Positions 52,961 to 64,000 of a stretch of 64,000 bases of DNA are shown here, one piece after another (the stretch's first letter is position 1; every line of letters starts with the position of its first letter). Made by a program: the position numbers and the translations under genes. Location of the stretch: the NCBI GenBank assembly GCA_951406725.2, contig OX597834.1, positions 40,920,001 to 40,984,000 of the forward strand, given 5' to 3'. A model generated the notes under the pieces. The model ran no database searches. It worked only from the letters and a program-made list of their open reading frames with translations, and was not told the origin of the DNA. The stretch comes from Octopus vulgaris (taxonomy: Eukaryota).

Positions 52961-53949
52961 CAATGTGACACTAACAGTATTCATTAAACACCACTCAGAC
53001 ACGGATGACACAGAAAGATACCACAAATACATACACACACCACACAAACACAATGATTAAATTATTGTTTGATGCTAATTTAATAAGAAGCAGATAAATA
53101 ATAATCACAGTGGACAAAGTTTGTAAAGAAGACATTATCGAGCACAATATCTATAAAAGCACATTATTTAAAACCACAGATTTTGTTTGTTTTTTTAATC
53201 TTATGTAAAGCCTCTATTCTCAATACTACACCCACTTCAACTGAAGCAGCTTGCTTTGCTAGTTACTTGGTAACATCACAAGGGCCAGTGCTGCCAAAAA
53301 AAATGCACTCAGTACACTATGGAAAGTGGTTGGTGTAAGGAAGGGCATCCATCTATAAAAACCATGCTAAAACAGACATTAGGGTTTGATGCAGCCCCCT
53401 GACTTTCCAACTCCTACTGAACCATCCAACCTATGCCAACATGGAAAATGGATGTTAAACAATGATAATGATGATGGCGAGGAGAAGACAGAGGCCCTAT
53501 GAAATATCTAACTTTAGATAAGTAATTTCTTAGAAAGACACCAGGTTATGAGGTTTCTGTTAAACTCTGGTTTTATGGCCTCTGATGGAACCAAAATCAA
53601 TAGTACCAATGGATAGGATTCCAGTGTGTCATAGTTAGCACTCCAGAAAATGTGTGTATTCTCCCACCCATACAAGCATACATCACCGACCAGGTGTATT
53701 GTGTCTTTATTTAAGGACACAATAAAAACAACTTAAGTGGATTCAACACAGGACTTTTGGGTTGGTAGTCCTATACCATATCCACTTGGCTGTTTCTTTT
53801 GAAACACAGGGGTTCATAAGGTCATGAGTTAGTACTAGTTTGCAAAGTGAAACAATGAAGAATTTGCTAACAGGAAAATCTATGGAGATGACACCAAGCT
53901 ATTTCTAGCAACATTCTTAGATCTAGTACAATAACAACTCCAGAGTTGT

Positions 53950-54135
53950 TATCTAGCCAAGATAAACCTCTATACTTGGCTTTTGTTGACTTGGAGAAAG
54001 CCTTTGACAGGGTCCCCTGATCCCTTATCTGGTGAGCGATTGGAAGCCTTCGAACATTGGGCCTCACAGAGACAATGACGAAAGATTGAGACCTCTGGAG
54101 ATATGCTGTGACTGAGAAGACCTGGCAAGGAAAGT
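53950..54135 (+). mobile_element. Degenerate RTE-like LINE fragment
   Basis: Translates to KPLYLAFVDLEKAFDRVP*SLIW. Confidence 0.7.
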
Positions 54136-55111
54136 GAGATCACATCTGTAGCCTACACCAGTGTTGCATAACCAGCCCATTTAAAAAGGGCCTTTGAATC
54201 ATCAGGCAACATTCTGTGCTTGAGTCAAGTAAATCAAAATCAAATGTAGTTATAGCTATTACCAGTGCTGGTGGCACACAATAAGCACCATTCATGCATG
54301 GATCGCTGCCAGAGCTGCCTGACTGGCTCCCCATGCAGGTGGCACATAAAAAGCACCATCCAACCATGGTCAATGCGAGCCTTTAGCCTCACCGGCTCTT
54401 GTGATGGTGGCACGTAAAAAGTACCATCCAAACGTGGCTGGCACCAGTGCCGCCTGACTGGCTCCTGTGCTGGGGACATGTAAAAAGCACCCACTACACT
54501 CTCGGAGTAGTTGGCGTTAGGAAGGGCATCCAGCTGTAGAAATATTGCCAGATCAAATTGGAGCCTGGTGTGGCTCCCTGGCTTGCCAGACCCCAGTCAA
54601 ACCGTCCAACCCACGCCAGCATGGAAAACAGACGTTGAACGATGATGATGAGAGTAAAGAGACGTGGTGCAGTGAAGGCACAATAAAATAGCTAAAGCAG
54701 GATATGAACTTGTGGCCCAAAGACCAGCAATTCTGCACCTCAACTACTCAGGTGATAAAATTGAGATACTTCAAATATAATGAAAGCATTTCAAGACCAA
54801 AATGTATTTGTTTTTAATGTCACATATTAGATATTTACTTCATGGTGATGATGATGATGATGACAGTGGTGTGGTTGATGTGAAAACTGGCAAGAAAACA
54901 CAGGAAGACACCTTCTCCACGTTACTAATAAAGATCATTATGTGGTTGCTTATCTTGCTAGAAATCACAGCCAAATCTCAATCAATTCACATTCTGCCAA
55001 CCTTAAAAAGATTGGATGGTTGTGATTAGAATGCTTTTATTAATTTTGTCTGTTCATCCAAGATCTGAACCCTAGCATCATTACAGCAGAGTTTGTGAAA
55101 AACAACTCTTT

Positions 55112-55342
55112 TTAACCCTTTAGCATTCAAATCAGCCCATATCCAACCCAATTATTTTCTGAATATTTTATGTTCAAACCAGCCAAATTCGGTTTCTCAT
55201 ATGTATCTTACAATGTCATTATAAAAATAAACAATTACACCATCAAAATCTTAAAAGTTAAAGAGGATGTGTAATTAATTCAAAACGATGTGGATAAATA
55301 AGCATTACATTTGACAGAGAAATCTGAATGCCAAAGAGTTAA
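55112..55342. mobile_element. Second piggyBac-type MITE family (partial inverted copy at about 30765-30966)
   Basis: TTAACCCTTTAGCATTCA / TGAATGCCAAAGAGTTAA termini. Confidence 0.7.
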
Positions 55343-55429
55343 AGGCAGGAGATAAATAATGTGCTCAGGAAAAAAAAAAAAAAATAATAATAATAATGAT
55401 AATAATAATAAAGTTATTAAAAAGCATAC

Positions 55430-55485
55430 CTGGCAGTCTTTTGAGCTAGTTCTGTTTTAGAAAGTTTCGACAATGTGTACAAAAC
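55430..55485 (-). CDS. vav: Vav GEF exon, end of calponin-homology domain (VLYTLSKLSKTELAQKTA+AG), phase 0 to 2
   Basis: Minus strand reads ttttctcctatccag|GTTTTGTACACA...ACTGCCAG|gtatgc; 56 nt. Translation resembles the last CH helix of Vav1 (VIYTLSALSWTPIAQ, recalled). Confidence 0.9.
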
Positions 55486-56416
55486 CTGGATAGGAGAAAA
55501 AGAAAAAAAATCCAATAAAGAAAATAATATTAACAAGTTCTTCATAATAAAATCTTAACAATATTTTTATTGTTTCCTGTGGTATTGGTAGAGAGGAATG
55601 AGGAGTGCGTGTATGAAGCCTGGAGAGGTATTTGTATGAGGGGAAGGGTTTGACAGGCAGGGTAAATGGTAAAGAGATTTGGGAAACACGCAACAGACCC
55701 TACTCTATCAGTCAAGCTAACTTTTGACAAATACACTGCTATGCCAAACACACAGGCCATGGTCAATTATACGAGTACATGTGTTGGATATACAGAGGGC
55801 ATATGTCAAATATGCAAGGTACATGTAGCAAATATAGTGATTATGGATATTGAATATAGAGTACATAGGTCGAATAAACAAAGTATTGATGTGGAATGTA
55901 CAGGATAAAGATGCCAAATTTATAGAGGGCATATGTCAAATATAAAAGAGTACTTGTATCAAACATACATTGTACCAGAGTCAAGTATACAGGGTGCTGA
56001 TGTCAAATATCTAAGATAGCAATGTCAATGAGATAAATATACAGCTCTAAAATATATGATGAACCCTTTGATAAAATATCTCACTGGTCTTAGTCACCAA
56101 TAGCAACTAGAGACTCCCTAATACTCTTGATCTACACTCAACTTGTATCTCCAATACACACACACACTTTATAGGTATTTTCTTCCAAAGTGACAATCTT
56201 CGCATTATTTCTTAAAGTCTAAAGATAATTGTTTAGTTCCAGCTCAGCCCTGATAACAGTAGGTACACAATTGAATACCATATCACTTATACTATTGATG
56301 TACTTTGATCTAAAATTACATTCTCTAAAATCTTTTTGCATTTTGTTTTTCCCAAGGTGATTGTAACTAATTTAAAATAAGCTCGTGAGATATCCACTAT
56401 GCAATTAATTGACCTG

Positions 56417-56716
56417 CAAGAAGACAATATGGTATGCAAAAAGGTATGGCTGTGTGGTCAAGAAGACAATATGGTATGCAAAAAGGTATGGCTGTGTGGT
56501 CAAGAAGACAATATGGTATGCAAAAAGGTATGGCTGTGTGGTCAAGAAGACAATATGGTATGCAAAAAGGTATGGCTGTGTGATCAAGAAGACAATATGG
56601 TATGCAAAAAGGTATGGCTGTGTGATCAAGAAGACAATATGGTATGCAAAAAGGTATGGCTGTGTGATCAAGAAGACAATATGGTATGCAAAAAGGTATG
56701 GCTGTGTGGTCAAGAA
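56417..56716 (+). repeat. Seven 42-bp tandem units fused to the 5' end of a SINE
   Basis: Unit CAAGAAGACAATATGGTATGCAAAAAGGTATGGCTGTGTG(G/A)T starting at 56417, 56459, 56501, 56543, 56585, 56627 and 56669; the last unit runs into a family-A-like SINE body. Confidence 0.95.
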
Positions 56717-58740
56717 ATTCACTTTGCAACCACATAGTTTTGGTTCAGTTTCATTGCATGACATCTTGGGCAAGTTGCTTCTACAAAAGCTTTAGGCCAG
56801 TCTATACCTTTTGAGTGAAAAGTGGTTGATGGAAACTGTGCAGAAACCTGTCATTCATGTATTTGTGTGCAATGTGTACAAGATGTAGATTCAGGCATGG
56901 GTGTATGGTAAGAACATTGCTTCTCAACTAGGTTCAACCCCTCTGCATGCCACTTTGAGCAGGTGTCTTCTATTATAGCCCTGAGCCAAGCAAAGCCTTG
57001 AGTGGATTTGGTAGACAGAAACTGAAAGCGCATCACAGATGTGTGTGTATGTGTGTGTGTGTGTGTGCATGTGAGTGTCTTTGTGTCTGTACCCCACTAC
57101 CACTTGAAAACCTTGTGGGCATCTTTACATCCCTGTAACTTGGCAGTTCACCAAAAGAGATCAATAGAATAAGTACCAGGTTCTGATATATATATGTCAG
57201 TAGATATCTTTTATGGACACACATAATATATATTGTGCAGGTAGTTAGGATAAATCCCATGTATGTGTGTCCCCTTTTTTTCCTTTACTGGGGCTGTCTG
57301 TGCTGCTCCTGATTACAATCTAAATATAAATGCTTCACTTAAATGTAAAATTTGGATTATTTAATTTTTTGTCTGAAGAATTTCTAATAGGAAATTCCTT
57401 ACATGTCTATTTAACATGTAAAACTCCATAAATCCTATTAGCAAATGAAACATGTGTAATGGTGAATAAATAACATCCAAAAATTTCCAATTTTGCTACG
57501 CTTATGATATGTATGTATATACTATTGAGTCAAGTACATCAGCATCAAAATAAAAATCAAATGGAAATTGTAGTTGTGACACCCGTACCAGTGGCACCTA
57601 AAAAGCACCATCTAAACGTGGCTGATGCCAGCACCACCTTGGCTGGCTCTGTGCTGGTGGCACATAAAAATCACCAGCCGATCGTGGCTGTTGCCAGCCT
57701 ACTCTGGTCCCTGTGCCGGTGGCATGTAAAAAGCACCCACTACACTCACAGAGTGGTTGGCGTTAGGAAGGGCATCCAGCTGTAGAAACACTGCCAGATC
57801 AGACTGGAGCCTGGTGAAGCCTCCAACCCATGCTAGCATGAAAAACGGACGTTAAACGATGATGATGATGATTATTATACATGTGACATACTCGTACAAT
57901 ATACACATAGTTGACAGACTCATGCAGGCATGCATGCTTACTTGTATGGGTCTGTTTTTACATAGATACCATTTGAAAACAAAGCCTTTGTTTATGTCTC
58001 ATAACTTAGCAGATCAACAAATAGAGATTGATATGTACCAGGTGTAAAAATATGTACTAGGATCAATGTGAATGACTGAAACCCTTCAAGCTGGTAGCTC
58101 AGCACGGCTGCAGTCAAATGATAGAAGCAGTGAAAGTGTATCATCTTATTTGTAATTAGTTCAAATGGAAAACAATACTCAACCACTTGTGTATAGACAT
58201 TAAAATATTAGCTATAACGAAAGACATACGAATGTACCACAAAACTACAATTGCCTAGGTCTGTAAGTGTTGTTAATTACATAATTAAAGGCATTATGAC
58301 AGTTTAAAAAAAGTGTCCCTCATCCCATTTTTAATTGGCTCTGCTGGAATGATAAACAACCACTTTTGTAGATACATTGGCAGATTGCCTAAAGAGATAG
58401 ACTTAGGCATGTTCCAAAAAAATAGTGAGATTTATAGATATTGCTGGGGCATATTCACACAGTATTTGCTAACCTTGAACACTCTCTTATGCATGTTTAC
58501 CGAGAAATAGCTGTTTCCTTTTGATGCAAAACAAGGTGCAATACACTTGATCTATTTCTCAAACCGCAAATTGAAGACATCATAAAAATTTCTGACAAAT
58601 GCATGCACAGAGCCAGAAATTTGAGGAGAAAGCCTGAGTAGATTAAATTTACCTCTGTACACCACTGGTACTTAACCATTCACTCAGAGATAAGAAAGAA
58701 GGATGCAACTAACAGCTAAACCCAGCAAGATTTGTATGTA

Positions 58741-59153
58741 GGCGCAGGAAGTGGCTGTGTGGTAAGTAGCTTGCTAACCAACCACATGGTTCCGGGTTCA
58801 GTCCCACTGCATGGCATCTTGGGCAAGTGTCTTCTGCTACAGCCCCAGGCCGACCAATGCCTTGTGAGCGGATTTGGTAGACGGAAACTGAAAGAAGCCT
58901 GTCGTATACATGTATATATATGTATATGTGTGTGTTTGTGTGTCTGTGTTTGTCCCTCTAGCATTGCTTGACAACCGATGCTGGTGTGTTTACGTCCCCG
59001 TCACTTAGCGGTTCGGCAAAAGAGACTGATAGAATAAGTACTGGGCTTACAAAGAATAAGTCCCGGGGTCGATTTGCTCAACTAAAGGCAGTGCTCCAGC
59101 ATGGCCGCAGTCAAATGACTGAAACAAGTAAAAGAGTAAAAGAGTAAGAGTAA
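58741..59153 (+). mobile_element. tRNA-derived SINE, family A
   Basis: Full-length copy ending in an AAAAGAGT-repeat tail. Confidence 0.85.
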
Positions 59154-61796
59154 ATAAAGACAACTAGATACCAGAAAGGGTTTTGTTAGATATTTTAGCA
59201 TTCCTGCCACAGTGCTACTACTCCTGCAGTAGTAGTAGTAGCAGCAGCAGCAGCAGCAGCAGCAAATAGCTACAGTAGTAATTTGGATGAAATAATAAAA
59301 ATTACTATTTCTGTAGTTGATTTACAAAGATAAATAAATAAATAAATAAGAAAACTTATTTAATGATGACAAAGTGTCATTTCCTGTCAGCGTGTATACT
59401 GGTAAGGAACCGAATTTGGGAATTTCATTCCTTTGAATGAGAGGGGAGTGAGGTAACAGTTGGAAAAAAAAAAAAAAAAAAACACCCGTTTTCTCTAAAC
59501 AAAACTAAGCAGAGACCCTTCATAGAAATTAAACAATTTGCTTCACCTTTATTCTAAAGAAAGAAAAAAAAACGGATGATGGGGGGGGGGGCTTACAAAC
59601 ATGCCCAACTTCTCCATCCCCTTCGTTTATTCATTACCTTGATGTTCTCCCCACCACACACCCTACTCACTTTCATTGAAAGCTACATTTCCAAATGATT
59701 CCCTTTTCCCACTGAAGAAATTAATGAATTCAAGCATTTTCCTAGTGAGACAAACCAAAACTAAACTTTGACATATTTTATAGGAAAGAGAAAACTGTAA
59801 GGCGAGGCGGCAGGAGGAGTTGCAGAGAAGAGAATGGAATCAGATACAGCAGGGGAATAGGCATCATCAAAACTGTACCTCCACCCAGATTGATTTAGTA
59901 CCTCTAATTGATGGAGATGTAGGGGAACTGGAAATTAGCAAGATAGCTGAGAAACTGCCTTCCATCTGCAACACCACCATTACCAAGAATAATGGACAGA
60001 AATAATTATACAAGTAATGTTTTCTTTACTAAATTGCTTCTGTTTAAACAAAAGTGGTGGTAATGATGACGATAATCCTAATTCTTTCAGAGCAAATACT
60101 CATTAAGAATTTGTATACATCATCATCATTATTATTATTATTATTATTATTATTAGCATCCATTTTCCATGGTGACATGGGTTGGACAGTTTAACAGGAA
60201 CTGACAAGGCCAGAAGCCACACCAGTTTCTGCTGTTTGCTTTGGTGTGGTTTCTACAGTTAGGGCTTTCCTGAATGCCAACCACTTCACAGTGTGTCCTG
60301 GGTGCTTTTTATGTAGCACCGGCACCATATCTGTAGAGTTCATCTCAAACTGGCAACCTTAGATGGTACTGCCTACAGTTGCCTGTTTGAGATAAACTCT
60401 ACAGAAAACCCAGTGGTATTAGCCTGGCTTGTTTGATACAAACACAGAAGAATGAAACCATTCTGCTTGCACTTGTTCTTTACTGACTTGCAGAGTTGCA
60501 TCAAACACCTGTTATTGCATGTCAGATGGATCTGGCAGTCAGACATGCTCATTGTAGAGACTGACCCACTGCCTTCTTTTGATATGGAAAAGCAGGCAGT
60601 TTTCCACTATCTGACTGATGCATATCAGAGGTTCTCAGCCAGGATTCATATTGGCCCTTGGCGGTTCATGTAAGATTTTCTTGTTAAAATTGGCTAAGAA
60701 GGTCCCCCCATCCCCAGTAAAATTGGAATGAAAGGGGTCCATAGGTAAAAAAAATAGTTGAGAAAACTGGTGCATATGGTAAAAAAGGTAATATGAAGGG
60801 TAAATTGTCAAGACCTCATTTTCAATTACCATTTGAAAAGAAGGGTTAAAATAGGGCGAGAAGTGCTGCCCTCCAGTAAATTTGCTGAAAGATGGTGAAA
60901 GCAGTGAATCTGATGCAGCTACAGGGCTCCATTTGTAATTTCATTAATAATTTCTAGCAGGCAGAAGATACTTATCTTAGCGTTGAAGAGCATTTATGGA
61001 TTTACGGGGCTGCCCCCTGTTATTCTAGGCAACAATCTCCCTTTTGGAACATATGTTTCTACATCTTCATATTTTGTTTTCAACACATCCATTTATTAAT
61101 TTTTTTTTTCATTTGATGGCAATTACATAATTACATGTTTTTGTACCCCACATTTGTAATGTTTTTGTCACAAATAAAGAACTGATAATTATTATTGTTG
61201 TTATTTCATAATTGAGAGAATAGCATGACAGATCATTAGGACACCAGATGAAATGCCTTGTGATAATTAGTTATGCTAATTTTTAGCTCTTGAGTTTTAC
61301 TTCTGCCGAGGTGAATGTTATATTTTTTCTGGGGCAAATAAAATAAATACCAAGTCAAGTCACATGCTGAGGCCAACCTAACTATGCTAGAAATCATTAT
61401 CAGTTATAAAACTTTGTGAGTAGAATTTGGAAGGCGGAGATTGTGCAGAAGCACACGCGTGTGTGTGTGTGTGTGTGTGTGTGTCTGTCCAAGCCTGTGT
61501 TTATGCTTGCATCAGTCTCAAAATTGGTGTTTAGTGTCTCTTCATAATCCCGTAACTTAACAATTCAACAAATCAAGACTGATAAAATAAATATCATACT
61601 GAAGTAAGAACTGGGATTAATATGATCAACAAAACCCCTAAAGGTGGTGTTACTGCATCCTCACAGTCCAAGAACTGGAACTGGTTGATGTTATCTAGCA
61701 CCAGGTCAGCACTGACACACCAGATGCTTCCAGCTGAGACCATTTCATATTCACATTTAACCCAGATCATCTCTAATCAACCAGATCCATAAGAAT

Positions 61797-62213
61797 TTGT
61801 CTTATGAAGAAAGGTTGAAGATGCTCGACCTTTATTCTCTAGAAAAACGACGACGCCGTGGTGATCTCATTCTCGCTCACAACATCATAAGCGGAAAGTG
61901 TAACCTCTCGAAAGAGCTGTTCTTCACTTCTGCTCCAGAGCGTCGGATGCGGGGTAATTCCGAAAAGCTCTATCTGCAACGATTTCATCTCAATCGAAGG
62001 AGAGGGGCTTTCTCCGTCTGAGTTGCGGATCCGTGGAATAAGCTGCCAGACGAGATGGTGAAGATGCCGACGACCACTCGGTTCAAAGTCTCCCTTGACC
62101 ACAAGTGGCCTGAATTCTTTACATGAACACCACCCTATACATAACTCCATGTCCCCCTATATGGCCTTACTTTTTGCTTTTTGAGCCAAAAAATTAACAA
62201 ACTAACTAACTAA
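61797..62213 (+). mobile_element. CR1-like LINE 3' end
   Basis: SYEERLKMLDLYSLEKRRRRGDLI...AFSV*VADPWNKLP, then a 3' UTR ending in (AACT)n. Confidence 0.85.
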
Positions 62214-63955
62214 TCAAAGGCATTGTAGCAATGATCATCCGGATTCTACTCAATATCCTGAACTACATAGTTTAATGTATCCTTTATAATTTTTTAAAGG
62301 CAAAATGGTGTGATGACAATTACTGTTTTTATTATTATTGTTATTATTAATAACATTAATGTGGTGAGTTGGCAGAATTATTAGCAAGCCAGACAAAATG
62401 CTTAATGGCATTTCATCTGCCTTTGTGTTCTGTGTTCAAATTCCGCCAAAGTTGACTTTGCTTTCATCCTTTTTTCCATTCTTTTGGGGCCGATAAAATA
62501 AGTTGAGGGGTTGATGTAATTGACTAACTCCTTCCCACGAAATTCCAGGCCTTGTGTCTATAGTAGGATAAATTATTATTATTATGCTGCCAAGGTCAAC
62601 TTTGCCTTTCATCCTTCCAAGATCAGTAAAATAAGTACCAACTGCGTACTGGTGTCGATGTAATCAAGTAAGCCTCTCTCCTATAATTGCTGACCTTGTG
62701 TCACAATTTGAAATCATTATAAATAATAATAACATTCGTATACTGATATAAGAGGCACGGCAGATGGAAGTAAGAAGGCCATTGACCATTATATCATTAT
62801 ATCTTAATATTTCTGTCAGAGAATCAAAGAACAAAGTTGCTGTTGATACAGTTTGTTCAGGCTTATAACTTAACACATGCACAGACGTACAAGTGCATAC
62901 TTATGCATGGGTGTATTATACGTGCAGTGTGTATTGCATCACTTCCGAACGACATCCCACACTAACAATCTCAAGAGCCCTCGAGGCAAGCACCTACCTC
63001 ACGTGCACCACCTCTAATTGTTATTACAGCTATCAACACCAACATCATCAATATCACTGTTACAACCGCTGCCGCCACCACCACCACCACAAAAACACCA
63101 TCCTCATTATTCCTGTAAACATCAGCATCACAACCACCAACAGCATCATCATCATCATCATCATCATCAACACTAGCACCAGTGAACCAACAATGGAGCC
63201 AGTCACTCATCTTGCTAGCAATAGCAGCCAAATCTGCCTCAAACCACATCCCACCACCTTAAGAAAAAAAAATGGACACAATGGATAATATAATCCAAGA
63301 TACACTAGGTCTCAAAAGAAGGATAAATCTACTCACTCAGCATCAGCTTGGAGCTAAACACCACCACCACCGCTATAACCAGCACTATTACTACTATTAA
63401 TCACAACTACCAACACCGTCACCACCAACATCACCGTTATAACAACTATCACCTCTATCACTATTAACACCTATCACTGCTATCAATCACTACTACCACA
63501 ATTACCACTATGACTACCATAACTGTATCACCACCACCACCATTATTGCAACTACCACCACCATAACCACCACCACCACCACCAACACTGGTATTAAATA
63601 TTTCCACCAAAACCTCACTAAAAGTTTGAAGATGCTTTTAGATACAGTTTCCTGTTTTGAAGCTTGAAACATCAATTAGTGTACGGTAGATAATGGTGTG
63701 TAGTGTAGGAGGTGGTGGTGGTGGTTTATAGTTGTTTGGTGGTGGTTGGGGATGGGTGGATGGCAGTGTGTAGTGGTAGCAGTGTGTAATGGGGGATGGT
63801 AAAGTGTGGTGTTGGTGGTAGTTGTTGTGTAGTGATGGTGGTGATGTTTAGGATAACAGTGATGGCAGTAGCAATGATGGTGATGGTGTTTGAAAGGAAT
63901 AGTAACGGCCCATATGAAGTGTTTATTTACATTTCAGTAAAAAAAAGGAAGTTAG

Positions 63956-64000
<45 letters not shown>

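Noticed and set aside
56417-56716. CRISPR-like array or repeat-protein ORFs (56397-56795)
   Set aside because: Units are contiguous with no unique spacers, the context is a eukaryotic intron, and the ORFs arise only because 42 is a multiple of 3.
58497-58640. Candidate upstream CH-domain exon
   Set aside because: No similarity to the expected Vav FLCLKNIRTFL...DFGK segment and partly SINE-derived; that exon probably lies beyond 64000.
62893-63900. His/Thr-rich ORFs
   Set aside because: Degenerate (CAC)/(CAT)/(GGT) trinucleotide low-complexity DNA.

Overview
Repeat-rich eukaryotic genomic DNA, most likely from a coleoid cephalopod (Octopus-type SINEs, abundant (TA)n/(CA)n/(ATC)n microsatellites). 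The whole window lies inside one minus-strand Vav-family Rho/Rac GEF gene that I reconstructed by hand from GT-AG exons: end of the CH domain (55430-55485), acidic autoinhibitory region, complete DH domain, and a 19-nt microexon at the start of the DH-PH linker (118-136). The first CH exons and the PH/C1/SH3/SH2 exons lie outside the window. Two things stand out. (1) Both acidic-region exons, which carry the regulatory tyrosines (Vav1 Y142 and Y160/Y174 equivalents), are present as diverged tandem paralogues (4a/4b and 5a/5b). The 5a/5b pair must be mutually exclusive because joining them gives an immediate TGA. This points to a combinatorial splice switch for Vav autoinhibition. (2) Several short fold-back or tandem elements embedded in (TA)n microsatellites carry hammerhead-ribozyme folds of the minimal type known from Penelope-like elements. 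One has a canonical core and lies in sense with the vav pre-mRNA (40146-40228). The rest is SINEs, piggyBac/hAT/mariner MITEs, a Helitron-like element and LINE fragments. Nearly all ORFs in the supplied track are microsatellite or repeat artefacts.
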